This document shows, piece by piece, positions 9,875 to 19,676 of a stretch of 64,000 nt of DNA. The stretch comes from an uncultured Chloroflexia bacterium (GTDB taxonomy: Bacteria; Chloroflexota; Anaerolineae; Anaerolineales; UBA4823), in NCBI GenBank assembly GCA_963777965.1, contig CAVZSS010000009.1, positions 29,379 through 93,378 of the forward strand, given 5' to 3'. Each line of letters begins with the position of its first letter. Within the stretch, counting starts at the first letter, position 1. Under the pieces are notes generated by a model that saw only the letters and a list, made by a program, of their open reading frames with translations, had not been told where the DNA came from and searched no databases. The position numbers and the translations under genes were made by a program.

Positions 9875-10147
9875 ATGGATATTATGTCCAATCGACAACG
9901 GCTGGCACGCGAAAGGCTTGAAATATACCTGGTTCATCTTCTCATGGCATACCGGCCACTGGTATTCATCGTTGGTTTGCTCTTGTTGTTGTATAGCATC
10001 GCCTCCTTGTTCGCCAGCCCACTGGTAGGCTTCGCCAGCCTTATACCCGCCTCGTATCTCCTCCTTCTGAGTACTCTCTACCCTGTCATCCTTTACACAG
10101 CCCGATTGGGTGCATGGGTTGGCACTTTGGGCAGAGAGAAGGACTGA
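9875..10147 (+). CDS. small hypothetical membrane protein
   Basis: 90-aa ORF with two hydrophobic segments. No recognisable family. Confidence 0.3.
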   Translation: MDIMSNRQRLARERLEIYLVHLLMAYRPLVFIVGLLLLLYSIASLFASPLVGFASLIPASYLLLLSTLYPVILYTARLGAWVGTLGREKD

Positions 10148-10580
10148 TTGATATCAGGCTGAACGACCTCAAGTTGATACATGTTGTGAAGATTTCCCAT
10201 TAATTGCGAATTAAATAGCTGCTTTTTAAAAACGATGCGATAATATGAAAACGAATCTGCAAATTGTGATCATGCTAAGTTTGAAAAATAACTCAGGTCT
10301 CACAGGCATTTGCTGATCCGGTATTGGATGTCTTAGTGAAATGAGTATCAGCGCCGCTCCACAATCTCAGGACGATATCCAGCGCAAGGTTCGCCGTAAA
10401 CGCTGGCGCGTGTATTCCATGAAGACGGGAAAATCACTTCCTTCCTGGAGCAGGAGACCGTCTTGAATATGGGAGGTCATTGCCTGTGCACACACGATCT
10501 CAATATCAGGCTGGTTAAGTCAGCCGGTGGGTGGGTCCTGGAATACATCCTCATGTGCAGCTAGCCCCAAAAGTGAATAG

Positions 10581-11573
10581 ATGACCACACCGTTTCCTGT
10601 TATCGTCTCCATCCTCTCGCCTGAGGCGCTTGTCAATGAAATCCTGCCAGGTTTTGGGATTGGCGCAGTTGCAGAGTGTAAGTTCTACTCGGGTGGGTTC
10701 AACCATACTTACCGGGTTAAAACTGTCGCTGGCGTTATCTATTACCTGCGTAGCTACCGCATCCACTGGCGGACGCTGGCCGATGTCCAATACGAGTTGG
10801 ATGTGCTCAACCATCTTAAAAACCATGGGGTTCCTGCTGCCAGGCCGGTTGCCTTCAACGACGGTCGATATTTCTGCCTGGTGCCTGCCCAAGAAGGCAC
10901 GCGCATCCTGGCACTCTTCACCGAAGCGCCTGGACCAGAGATTTCCTACGAGCAAGACCCCGCAGGAAATGCCCAGCGTTATGGACGGGCTGTCGCCCAG
11001 ATGCACAATGCCCTCGATGATTTCACCAGCCCGCACCTGCGCTTCCACCTGGACCTCGCCCACTTTATCGACCAGCCTCTACACAATATTCATCCGTTCC
11101 TCTCTCACCGCCCTGATGATTGGAATTTTCTACAGCAGTTCGCCGAAAGGCTGCGCCAACGCATTTTGGCGATGCCGGCTGAAACCCTTGAGAAAGGCTG
11201 CTGCCATGGTGATTTACAGGGCTACCATGCCAACACCACCCCGGATGGCACGTTGACCTTCTTCGACTTCGACTGTGGTGGTTTTGGCTACCGGGCTTAC
11301 GACCTGGCTGTTTTCCTCTGGTGCTGCCGGCTTGAAGGTGCGGTCGCTGCGCGCTGGGCGCCTTTCTTGGAAAGCTACCGGGAAACCCGCTTCATCCATG
11401 AGCGCGATGTCCTGGCTGTTCCCTTGTTTGTCTGTGCCCGTTATCTTTGGCACATGGGTGTTCACGCCCAGAATTCCCCCGATTGGGGTATCGATTTCCT
11501 TAATGACAGGTATTATGACAATCACTTAAAAGACTTAAGGCAGGCTGAAGAAGATTATTTGATAGCAAAATGA
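10581..11573 (+). CDS. phosphotransferase family kinase (APH/ChoK/homoserine-kinase-II-like)
   Basis: Catalytic loop CCHGDLQGYHAN and metal-binding FFDFDCGGFGYRAYDLA, typical of the APH fold. Confidence 0.75.
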   Translation: MTTPFPVIVSILSPEALVNEILPGFGIGAVAECKFYSGGFNHTYRVKTVAGVIYYLRSYRIHWRTLADVQYELDVLNHLKNHGVPAARPVAFNDGRYFCLVPAQEGTRILALFTEAPGPEISYEQDPAGNAQRYGRAVAQMHNALDDFTSPHLRFHLDLAHFIDQPLHNIHPFLSHRPDDWNFLQQFAERLRQRILAMPAETLEKGCCHGDLQGYHANTTPDGTLTFFDFDCGGFGYRAYDLAVFLWCCRLEGAVAARWAPFLESYRETRFIHERDVLAVPLFVCARYLWHMGVHAQNSPDWGIDFLNDRYYDNHLKDLRQAEEDYLIAK

Positions 11574-11697
11574 TTCGTGTTTCCGCAATCTGGGATAGAA
11601 TAAGAAATCCACGCCCTCCGGGATGCAATTCCTTGTTGCTTGCAATCCAAACCGGACAATTTCAAGACCATACTGGATATATATCGGAGCTGACCAA

Positions 11698-12911
11698 ATG
11701 AAGGATCAAACCTATCGGGTTTATGGCTATCGTTGGGTGGTGCTGGGTGTGTTCATGTTCGTCAACCTCAGCTATCCAGATGCTGTGGATCACTTATGCC
11801 ACTATCACGGGTCCAGCGGCAAAATTTTACGGAGTGACCGACTTGCAGATTGGTTTGCTGGCGATGACCTTTATGATTACTTTTTTATTTCTTTCCTTCC
11901 CTGCCTCATGGACGATTGATACCTATGGTTTTCGCAAAGCGGTCAGCCTCGGGGTTGTGCTGATGGCTGTGTTTGGCATTGTTCGTGGCCTGGCAGGAGA
12001 CAAATTATGGTCTTGTTCTCGCAGCACCGTTGGAATTGCCATCGGTCAACCCTTTCTAATGAATGCCTGGACCAAAGTACCCGCCAACTGGTTTGCTATT
12101 AATGAACGTGCCACGGCGGTCGGATTGGTCACCCTTGCCAACCTGCTCGGGACCGCCCTTGGCATGCGACTGACACCCATCCTGACTGAGCAGCTACTCT
12201 ATCCCAACTGTCCAACTGATCTTTGGCGGGGTGGCAGCATTCTCGGCCGTGCTGTTCATTGTCCTATCCCGTGAGCATCCGCTTACCCCACCCTGCCCAC
12301 CCGGGATGGAAGTCCGCTCCCTGATGCTCGATGGCCTCAAGCAAATCGTAAGATCCGTCCCATTCTGGCTGTTCGTGATCGTCATATTCTTGGGAATGGG
12401 GATTTTTAACGGTATCAGCACCTGGGTGGAAAATATCATCCGCCCGCGTGGTTTCACTCCGCTCGATGCAGGTTTCTTGGGCCTTGCGATGATAATAGGA
12501 GGCATCCTGGGTGCGGTGATTATCCCACTCCTATCGGATAGACAGCACAAGCGCCAGCGCTTCATGCTTCTCGGCGTCCTGATGGCAATCCCAGGCTTGG
12601 TTGGGGTGACTTTTGCCAATTCACTCTGGCTGATCCTCTTGTCGGCCTTCTGGATGGGATTTTTCTTGATCAGTGTCTCTCCCATTGGGATGCAATATGT
12701 CGCCGAGGTTACCTATCCTGCTCCCGAGGGAACCTCCAACGGCTTGATTCAGTTGGCCGGGCAGTTATCCGTGGTCTTCGTTTACATCATGGAAGCAATG
12801 AAGAGCCCCAACGGCGCATTCACCCCGTCATTATTGTTGGCCATCTTGCTGATGTTGGTAATGGGTGGGGTGATCACCCAGATGAAGGATCCACCAGCCC
12901 GGAATATATAA
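11698..12911 (+). pseudogene. MFS transporter, reading frame broken (three frames)
   Basis: N-terminus MKDQTYRVYGYRWVVLGVFMFVNL (ATG 11698) continues in ORF 11723-12274 and then in ORF 12231-12911. Frame changes lie near 11770 and 12195, and a possible compensated pair lies near 12000-12030. Confidence 0.7.
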
Positions 12912-12926
12912 GGAGCAGGTTCACGA

Positions 12927-13565
12927 ATGAGCACCGACATACGCCCACAGATTGTGCAAATATCCAATGAGTTGTATGCAAAATGCCTTATTACCTCTAC
13001 TGGGGGTAACATCAGCGCCCGCTGTGAGGATAACCCGGATGAGATGTGGATTACCCCCAGCGCAATATTTAAAGGTGACCTCCGCCCAGAAATGATGGTT
13101 TGCATCGATCTCCACGGCACTATCAAAGATAAATCTTCTTACCTGGCTTCCAGTGAACGCCGTGTGCACTGCGCCATCTATCGCTCCAGACCTGAGTTCA
13201 CCGCAGTGATTCACACCCATGCCCCCCAGGCCACCCTCATGGCTCTTACCGGGACCATATTTCTGCCGATTTCGTACGAATCAGCCTTCCTTGGGGATAT
13301 CCCCGTGGTACCATTCATCATGCCAGGGACGGATGCCCTGGGGGAGGCTGTCACCAACGCCATGGGAACTGGTTTTGCGGTTCTGATGCAGAATCACGGG
13401 TTGGTGGTGGCTGCCAGCAGCTTACGCCATGCTGCCGACATCACCGACATCATTGAAGTCACTGCCCACAAGCTTCTCACCTGCCGGGCGCTGGGGGTCA
13501 TCCCGCCTGTGCTAACAACCGATACCGTTGACTATATTCGTAAAACCGGAAATCTATTCGCCTGA
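12927..13565 (+). CDS. class II aldolase/adducin family protein
   Basis: [30 protein letters not shown] and LMQNHGLVV motifs. Confidence 0.8.
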   Translation: MSTDIRPQIVQISNELYAKCLITSTGGNISARCEDNPDEMWITPSAIFKGDLRPEMMVCIDLHGTIKDKSSYLASSERRVHCAIYRSRPEFTAVIHTHAPQATLMALTGTIFLPISYESAFLGDIPVVPFIMPGTDALGEAVTNAMGTGFAVLMQNHGLVVAASSLRHAADITDIIEVTAHKLLTCRALGVIPPVLTTDTVDYIRKTGNLFA

Positions 13566-13655
13566 GTGACCATACATCCACTCACCCGATGCTCGTTTTT
13601 CTTCCCTGCATCTGGCTCTTCAATAAGAAACCAATAAAATATAAGGAGGATAGTT

Positions 13656-14291
13656 ATGCCCACTGAATCTGCAGCTCAAGCGATGGCAATCTTGCGCAAC
13701 CCAATCACATTTCAATGGTATGTCATAACATTATTTGCTCTTATTGTGTATGTCTATGCCAACGAAGTGGAACGGCGTAACTGGAGTCTGGTCTTTGCCG
13801 GTCTGGCATTTTGGGGCATGGATTGGTTCAACGAGATCTGGAACGGGTTGGTTTTCCACTTTACCAATTACGCACCCGTCTGGGGTGCGCCTGGTCAGAC
13901 AGCTTACCTATTATTGATTGGCTTGAACATAGAGATTTGCTTTATGTTCGCCATCGCCGGGGTTACCTTCTCCAAGCTGCTACCTGCCGATAAAAGCCTC
14001 AAGATCCTGGGCGTGCCTAACCGTCTGCTTTTCGCCATACTTGGCTCAATTTTCTGCGTGATTGTTGAGCTTCTTTTGAATGCGGCTGGTGCACTGACCT
14101 GGGATTATTCCTGGTGGAATGTTGGTGCCCCCTGGCTGATCTTCCTGATCGGATACTTGCCCTTCTTCTTGGTCTCGTTCTGGGTGTTCGACATGCCCAC
14201 CCTGCGCCAGAAAGCCATCACCGTTGGGGTCATCCTCGGTTTTGACCTGATCTGCCTGGTCTTATTTGCTGGCGTATTGCACTGGATCTAA
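13656..14291 (+). CDS. hypothetical polytopic membrane protein
   Basis: 211 aa with about 6 hydrophobic segments. AGGAGG lies upstream of the ATG. Confidence 0.55.
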   Translation: MPTESAAQAMAILRNPITFQWYVITLFALIVYVYANEVERRNWSLVFAGLAFWGMDWFNEIWNGLVFHFTNYAPVWGAPGQTAYLLLIGLNIEICFMFAIAGVTFSKLLPADKSLKILGVPNRLLFAILGSIFCVIVELLLNAAGALTWDYSWWNVGAPWLIFLIGYLPFFLVSFWVFDMPTLRQKAITVGVILGFDLICLVLFAGVLHWI

Positions 14292-14298
14292 AAATAGC

Positions 14299-15498
14299 TC
14301 ACCAATTGGGTTCGGGGGTTGCGATGTCCAGCAGTGATTGTAAGATCCATCCCTTTCTTTCATCCTCAACTACCCGCACTTGGATCCATAGATACCCATC
14401 CACCTCCTGTGAGTCCCCCAGCAGCTGTATCAGCGTCCCCTGGACGATCCCCGGGTAGATGATGGCAGCATTGAAACCAGGTTCCTCGCGGATCAGCGCT
14501 CCTTCAGGCGGCGCAATACGAGCATAGACCGGCACCGGGGTTGGGGTAGATGTTATGGTGGGTGTGGGTGTGAGCGTCGGGGTAAGGGTGATTGTCGGGG
14601 TGAGGGTGGGAGGAACGGGTGTTGAGGTTATGGTGGATGTCGGTGGTATCGGTGTGAGAGTGGCTGTAGGAGTGGGAGTATACGTTGCCACAGCCAGCGG
14701 GCTGCCAAGCCATCCAAGCGTCGTGCTGAAGGCGCCTACGCCAACTACCAGCGCAATCAGGGTCAAAGTGACTGCCCCTCCCAGGGTGTATCCAAATATG
14801 CTCAACGGGCGAAAACCAAGGATTGCCAGGATGATTGCCCCCAGCACCACTCCCCAGGCAAGGTGGATGGCGAACACGACCAATCCATCCGGGAATAAAT
14901 GAGGTGCACCACTTCCAAAACCGAAACCAGCCGCTACAATCGGTAGGTACAACGTGTAAGCCAGTGCTACGCTCGGTGCGGCCGGGCTGCGTTCATGGTG
15001 TGCCATGGTCGCCGCAGTAAAAATTGCACCCACCGACAGCACGATAAAATTGATCGCGGATAATTCGGCATTGTTGTATGCCTGGGTTAAGGAGGCTGGC
15101 ATCCATAGCCTTCCCAGGAATCCGGCTGCTGCTCCCACCATGAAGACCAACAAGCTACCGATTGAGAAAGCCACCAGGCTGCGGGCAAAGAATTTAAAAG
15201 AACCGATCGCTGTCCCAAGTGAAAGGCCTATCACCGGTGCCATCAGAGGGGCAAACACAGCCCCCAAGACCAGCACTACCGGTGAATCCAGGAACAATCC
15301 AATACAGAAGATGACAGCTGAAAAAATTGAAAATAGGAAGAAATCAAAAGTAGGTGAGGTCCGATGCCTGAGCTGCTCCAGAACAATCGCCCGTTCATCT
15401 GCTTCCAGAGGTGCCAGCAACCGGCGTGCCCGTCTACGCCGCGCCGGTGGCATCAGGTCAGGATCATCAGGGATGTGTTCTGAATTAGGAAGGCTCAT
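14299..15498 (-). CDS. DUF389-like membrane protein with a Thr/Pro linker and a C-terminal SH3b-like domain
   Basis: TFDFFLFSIFSAVIFCIGL...LMAPVIGLSLG is DUF389-like. It is followed by a TPTPTATLTPIPPTST linker and a tail with YARIAPPEGALIREEPG...GYLWIQV...GWI. Confidence 0.65.
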   Translation of the reverse strand: MSLPNSEHIPDDPDLMPPARRRRARRLLAPLEADERAIVLEQLRHRTSPTFDFFLFSIFSAVIFCIGLFLDSPVVLVLGAVFAPLMAPVIGLSLGTAIGSFKFFARSLVAFSIGSLLVFMVGAAAGFLGRLWMPASLTQAYNNAELSAINFIVLSVGAIFTAATMAHHERSPAAPSVALAYTLYLPIVAAGFGFGSGAPHLFPDGLVVFAIHLAWGVVLGAIILAILGFRPLSIFGYTLGGAVTLTLIALVVGVGAFSTTLGWLGSPLAVATYTPTPTATLTPIPPTSTITSTPVPPTLTPTITLTPTLTPTPTITSTPTPVPVYARIAPPEGALIREEPGFNAAIIYPGIVQGTLIQLLGDSQEVDGYLWIQVRVVEDERKGWILQSLLDIATPEPNW

Positions 15499-15965
15499 TT
15501 CCGTAAAGTCGCCACGATCCTGAGTGGTTTTTCAAGCATCTCAAGTGCCTCAATGATATTGCCAGCCACCAGGTCTGCCGCCAGCATGGTTTTCACAGCC
15601 GTTCCTTCAATGGAGAGTATGCAGATCCCCAATCCGGCAGCCTGGAGCATTCCTGCGTCGTTAGCACCTTGCCCAATTGCCACGACCGTTTCTGCTCCCA
15701 ATTGTTCTACATATTGTGCTTTCTGTTCTTCTTCATTGCCTGGCTGGATACGTACTGCTTGTAGATTCAATTGTTGGTTAATGATGGTTTGTTTCCCATG
15801 CGTATCTGCAGTCAGTAAGTGCAGACTCAGGCGATCACTCAGTAGAGATAATCTTTGCTTCACACCTTCAAGGAGCTGTCCATCCACTGCCAATGTTCCG
15901 TTTACATCACACACCAGATGCTGTAGCTGGATCAGGCCTCGCCCCGGGATGTTCAGCTCGATCAT
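15495..15965 (-). CDS. HAD-superfamily hydrolase (soluble P-type ATPase-like, COG4087-like)
   Basis: MIELNIPGRG..LVCDVNGTLA (DxxGT motif) and GQGANDAGML (GDGxND-like). The stop overlaps the next gene's start by 4 nt. Start taken at internal M11. Confidence 0.7.
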   Translation of the reverse strand: MIELNIPGRGLIQLQHLVCDVNGTLAVDGQLLEGVKQRLSLLSDRLSLHLLTADTHGKQTIINQQLNLQAVRIQPGNEEEQKAQYVEQLGAETVVAIGQGANDAGMLQAAGLGICILSIEGTAVKTMLAADLVAGNIIEALEMLEKPLRIVATLRK

Positions 15966-15993
15966 GAACTTATTATACCCCAAGGTATTTAAC

Positions 15994-17145
15994 ATGTTCT
16001 TTACCCGTACACCTCAACTATTCCGCCTTGTAGTACAATACCCCGCGACCCAATTATGGAGAAATATCTTGAGGCTTCATAAACATCACATCTTATTTTC
16101 CATTTTGATCACCTGCCTGGGTTTACTTTCATCGGCCTGTGGATTGGTCTCCCCTTCCGAGAAGCCGACCCTTACCCCCTCTCCCAGCCAGGCTCCTACG
16201 ATCACCCCTATCCCTACCCCGACAGCCTCACCAACCCCGCTGCCACTGACGGCGGTAATCCTGGCACCCGTCGGAGCTGATGAGGCAATGGTAAGCTCCC
16301 TGCAGTCCGCTTTGAATGCCATCATCACTGCCCATGGCTTGCAGTGGCAGGTCCGGCAGCAGTTATTGCCGGAAGACCTGATTCCAGAGCTGCGCCTGGT
16401 GGTGGCTGTCCCACCCGATCCAGGCATTGCCCGGTTAGCTGCTTCTGCTCCGGATACGCACTTCCTGGCAATGGGTATCCCTGGGTTGCAATCATCCCCC
16501 AACCTGTCTGTAATGGGTGCAGCCAATGAACGGCCAGACCAGCAAGGTTTCATCGCCGGTGTGATTGCCGCCATGCTTGCCCCCGATTGGCGCGTTGGGG
16601 TGATCAGCCTCTCAGACACCACAGACGGGCGCTCTGCTCGTACAGGCTTCCTGAATGGCGTGGAATATTTCTGCGGCTTGTGCCGCCCTCTGCACCCCCC
16701 ATATTACGAATATCCCCTCTACTTTGAGCTGCCTCTAACCGCCACCTCCGCCGAGTGGCAGGAGGCTGCTAATTACATGGTCGACCATTATGTCCAGGCG
16801 GTCTATGTCTACCCGGGTTCGGGGGATGAAGCCATGCTGTCCACCCTGGCCTCGACCGGTGTGAGTATCATCAGCAGCGGAGAGCCTCCACAAGCGGTCA
16901 GCGAGAATTGGGCTGTTTCCCTGACCACCAACCCACTTCCCCTTATCCAAAGCCAGGTGGAGGGTTTCTTGAATGGCAATATCTCGGCAGGGCAGTCTTT
17001 AATGGTCCCCATACAATTCACCCATGTCAACCCGGCACTTTTTACACCCGGGAAGCAACAGCTGGCTGAGCAGATATTAACCGACCTTCAGGCTGGTTAT
17101 ATTGATACCGCCGTTGAATTGACAACTGGCGAAAATCGGCCATAA
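15994..17145 (+). CDS. lipoprotein distantly resembling BMP-family binding proteins
   Basis: Only the 3-prime two thirds of ORF 15553-17145 is credible. Lipobox LGLLSSAC, PT-rich linker, then QQGFIAGVIAAML...GFLNGVEYF. The start is uncertain (ATG 15994 or TTG 16069). Confidence 0.5.
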   Translation: MFFTRTPQLFRLVVQYPATQLWRNILRLHKHHILFSILITCLGLLSSACGLVSPSEKPTLTPSPSQAPTITPIPTPTASPTPLPLTAVILAPVGADEAMVSSLQSALNAIITAHGLQWQVRQQLLPEDLIPELRLVVAVPPDPGIARLAASAPDTHFLAMGIPGLQSSPNLSVMGAANERPDQQGFIAGVIAAMLAPDWRVGVISLSDTTDGRSARTGFLNGVEYFCGLCRPLHPPYYEYPLYFELPLTATSAEWQEAANYMVDHYVQAVYVYPGSGDEAMLSTLASTGVSIISSGEPPQAVSENWAVSLTTNPLPLIQSQVEGFLNGNISAGQSLMVPIQFTHVNPALFTPGKQQLAEQILTDLQAGYIDTAVELTTGENRP

Positions 17146-17307
17146 TTATTGGTAGGATACACACATCCAGCGAAAGGAGGTAAAAAATCGCTAATAAAAG
17201 TTATTAATAACACCATTGCAAAAGTACCATCTTATTGCTATACTAGTCATATCCCTTTCGGGAAAATTCAACCTTTTTTTACCAAACTCTTTAGGAGGAG
17301 AATTGTT

Positions 17308-18336
17308 ATGTTCAAGAAATTTTCTGTTGTAATGGTTATCATCATGATAGCCAGCATGATTTTGGCTGCTTGCGGCGGTGGAGCACCATCCGAAGCTGAT
17401 TGTGCCAAGGCAGATGTTGTTTGTATTGGTCTGGTCACAGATGTAGGCGAAGTGGACGACAAGTCCTTCAACCAATCAGCCTGGGAAGGTGCGCAGCAGG
17501 CTGCAGAGGAGCTGGATGGAATCGCCAACTACATCGAAACCAAGGATGCCAAGGACTATGCCGCCAATATGCAGCTCTTCATTGATAAAGCTTACGACTA
17601 CATTGTGACCGTTGGTTTCGCTATGGGTACCGCCACTGTCGAAGCTGCCAAGGCCAATCCGAATGTCAAGTTTGTCGGTGTGGACCAGGGTCAGTGGACC
17701 GAAACCGTTCCCAATGTGATTGGCCTGATCTTCCATGAGGACCAGTCTGGCTTCCTGGCTGGCGCTCTGGCCGCCCAGATGACCAAGACCAACACCATCG
17801 CAGCTGTGCTTGGTACCGACCTGATCCCCCCCGTGGTTGCCTTCAAGGAAGGCTATGAAGCTGGCGCTAAGTACATCAACCCAAGCATCAGCGTCATCTC
17901 CACCTACCATCCCGGTGGCTTGGACGTAGCTTTCACCGACCCGGAATGGGGTGCCACCACCGCTGCCCAGGCTATCCAGAACGGCGCCGATGTTGTCTTT
18001 GGTGCCGGCGGCAAGACCGGTAACGGTGCTCTCATCGAGGTTGCTGGCAACCCCGGCCTGTATTGCATTGGCGTTGATGATGACCAATGGAATACCGTCC
18101 CAGAGGCACACCCCTGCCTGATCTCCAGCGCCATGAAGCTTATCACCTCGAGTTTGGTTGACCTTCTCACGGGTGCACAGGCTGGAACATGGACTGCTGG
18201 TAATTACTATGGTGCCGCTGGTTTGGCTCCCTACCATGACTTTGACAGCTCGATCCCTAAGGATGTCAAGGATAAAATCACCGAGATCGATGCTGGCCTG
18301 AAGGATGGCTCCATCACCACTGGTTACGGCGGATAA
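17308..18336 (+). CDS. BMP family (PnrA/Med-like) ABC transporter substrate-binding lipoprotein
   Basis: AGGAGG 9 nt upstream of ATG 17308, lipobox MILAACGG, DDKSFNQSAWEG, EDQSGFLAGALAA. Confidence 0.85.
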   Translation: MFKKFSVVMVIIMIASMILAACGGGAPSEADCAKADVVCIGLVTDVGEVDDKSFNQSAWEGAQQAAEELDGIANYIETKDAKDYAANMQLFIDKAYDYIVTVGFAMGTATVEAAKANPNVKFVGVDQGQWTETVPNVIGLIFHEDQSGFLAGALAAQMTKTNTIAAVLGTDLIPPVVAFKEGYEAGAKYINPSISVISTYHPGGLDVAFTDPEWGATTAAQAIQNGADVVFGAGGKTGNGALIEVAGNPGLYCIGVDDDQWNTVPEAHPCLISSAMKLITSSLVDLLTGAQAGTWTAGNYYGAAGLAPYHDFDSSIPKDVKDKITEIDAGLKDGSITTGYGG

Positions 18337-18354
18337 TCAGTAAACCATCAACAT

Positions 18355-18388
18355 AAAAACGGCGTACGTCCTCTGTACGTCGTTTTTG
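18355..18388 (+). terminator. intra-operon intrinsic terminator/attenuator after the binding-protein gene
   Basis: ACGGCGTAC / GTACGTCGT stem flanked by an A-run and TTTTT. Confidence 0.6.
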
Positions 18389-18532
18389 TTTAACCTTATT
18401 TAAGCTCTTTCATAATCCACTTTACGCAAAATGAATTCATGGGTACAATCAATGCATTAACCTTCTATTCATCTTCTCGCAAGTTGGCTGCTTGCGTGAA
18501 GCACATCAGCCTTCCGGAAGAGTGCACAATCT

Positions 18533-19666
18533 ATGGACTCTGATCAAAAAGTCCCCAACCAACCCAAGTTTCTGCGCTCGGTATTGGATGTCTTGCTCAA
18601 CGAGAACACCTGGCGTACCATCCTCGTTCAGGTGGTAGCGGTGCTGCTGGCATTGCTCATCGGGGCAGTCATCCTGCTAATCTCAGGCGCAAATCCTCTC
18701 GAGGCGTATGCAGCCCTCTTTCGGGGTGCTTTTGGCACTCCCATCGCTTTGGGGCGTACGCTTGAAAAAGCCACCCCCCTCATCTTCAGTGGTCTGGCAG
18801 TGGCTTTCGCTTTCAAAGCCGGTATGTTCAACATCGGCGCCCAAGGGCAGCTTTTGTTTGGTGCCATCACCGCTGCTTTTCTTGGTTTTGCCCTGCATGG
18901 CTTGCCACCTATTATCCACATGCCCGTGGCTTTGATTGGCGGTGCGCTGGCAGGTGGCGCATATGCCATCATCCCAGGTGCCCTGAAAGCCTACCGTGGT
19001 GTGCATGAGGTCATCACCACCATCATGCTGAACTACATCGCCATCAATGTCACCGATTACCTCGCCGATGGACCCTGGAAGGATACCTCGCCGGGAAATG
19101 TCATTGCCCGCACTCCAGATATTGATCCTGCTGCTGCCATCGGAAAGCTTGGCCCGGTCCCCATCGGCTTCATCATTGCCATCCTGGTAGCCTTCGTTGT
19201 CTGGTGGTTGCTCAGTAAGACTACGGTCGGTTTCGAGATCCGCATGGTGGGGCTTAATCCTAACGCCGCCCGCTATGCGGGTATCAAGGTGGCAAAAACC
19301 CTGATCCTCACCATGGTTATCAGTGGTTTCTTGGCAGGCATGGGCGGTGCGGTTGAGACCCTCGGCGTAGTTGGCCGTTATCAGCCAGGTTTCAACGTCG
19401 GGTTGGGTTTTGACGGTATCACCGTTGCCATGCTCGGTAAGACCAACCCATTCGGCGTCATCCCGGCTGCTATCCTGGTAGGTGCCATGAAAGCCGGCTC
19501 CAGCGAGATGCAATTCGCCTCCGGGGTCGCCAAGGAGATCACCGATGTGATCCAGGCGCTAATCCTCTTCTTCGTCGCCGCGGATGTGATCGTGCGCTCG
19601 CTTCTGCGCATGGGTAAGGTAGGTGAGGAAGAAGTCAAGCTTAGCAGCGGTTGGGGAAAGCAATGA
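18533..19666 (+). CDS. ABC transporter permease (BMP/nucleoside-type)
   Basis: 377 aa and polytopic, with FNIGAQGQ and GFDGITVAMLG motifs. Confidence 0.85.
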   Translation: MDSDQKVPNQPKFLRSVLDVLLNENTWRTILVQVVAVLLALLIGAVILLISGANPLEAYAALFRGAFGTPIALGRTLEKATPLIFSGLAVAFAFKAGMFNIGAQGQLLFGAITAAFLGFALHGLPPIIHMPVALIGGALAGGAYAIIPGALKAYRGVHEVITTIMLNYIAINVTDYLADGPWKDTSPGNVIARTPDIDPAAAIGKLGPVPIGFIIAILVAFVVWWLLSKTTVGFEIRMVGLNPNAARYAGIKVAKTLILTMVISGFLAGMGGAVETLGVVGRYQPGFNVGLGFDGITVAMLGKTNPFGVIPAAILVGAMKAGSSEMQFASGVAKEITDVIQALILFFVAADVIVRSLLRMGKVGEEEVKLSSGWGKQ

Positions 19667-19676
19667 GGAGCTCAGC

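Noticed and set aside
9574-9891. 105-aa minus-strand ORF in the lysS-downstream gap.
   Set aside because: Its composition is junk-like, it has no RBS, and it overlaps the hairpin and the plus-strand sORF that has a perfect SD.
15553-15993. The first 147 codons of the 530-aa ORF 15553-17145.
   Set aside because: This part is antisense to the well-supported HAD gene and has Cys/Ser/Pro-rich junk composition. A signal peptide and lipobox appear only after about 16069, so the real gene starts at or after 15994.
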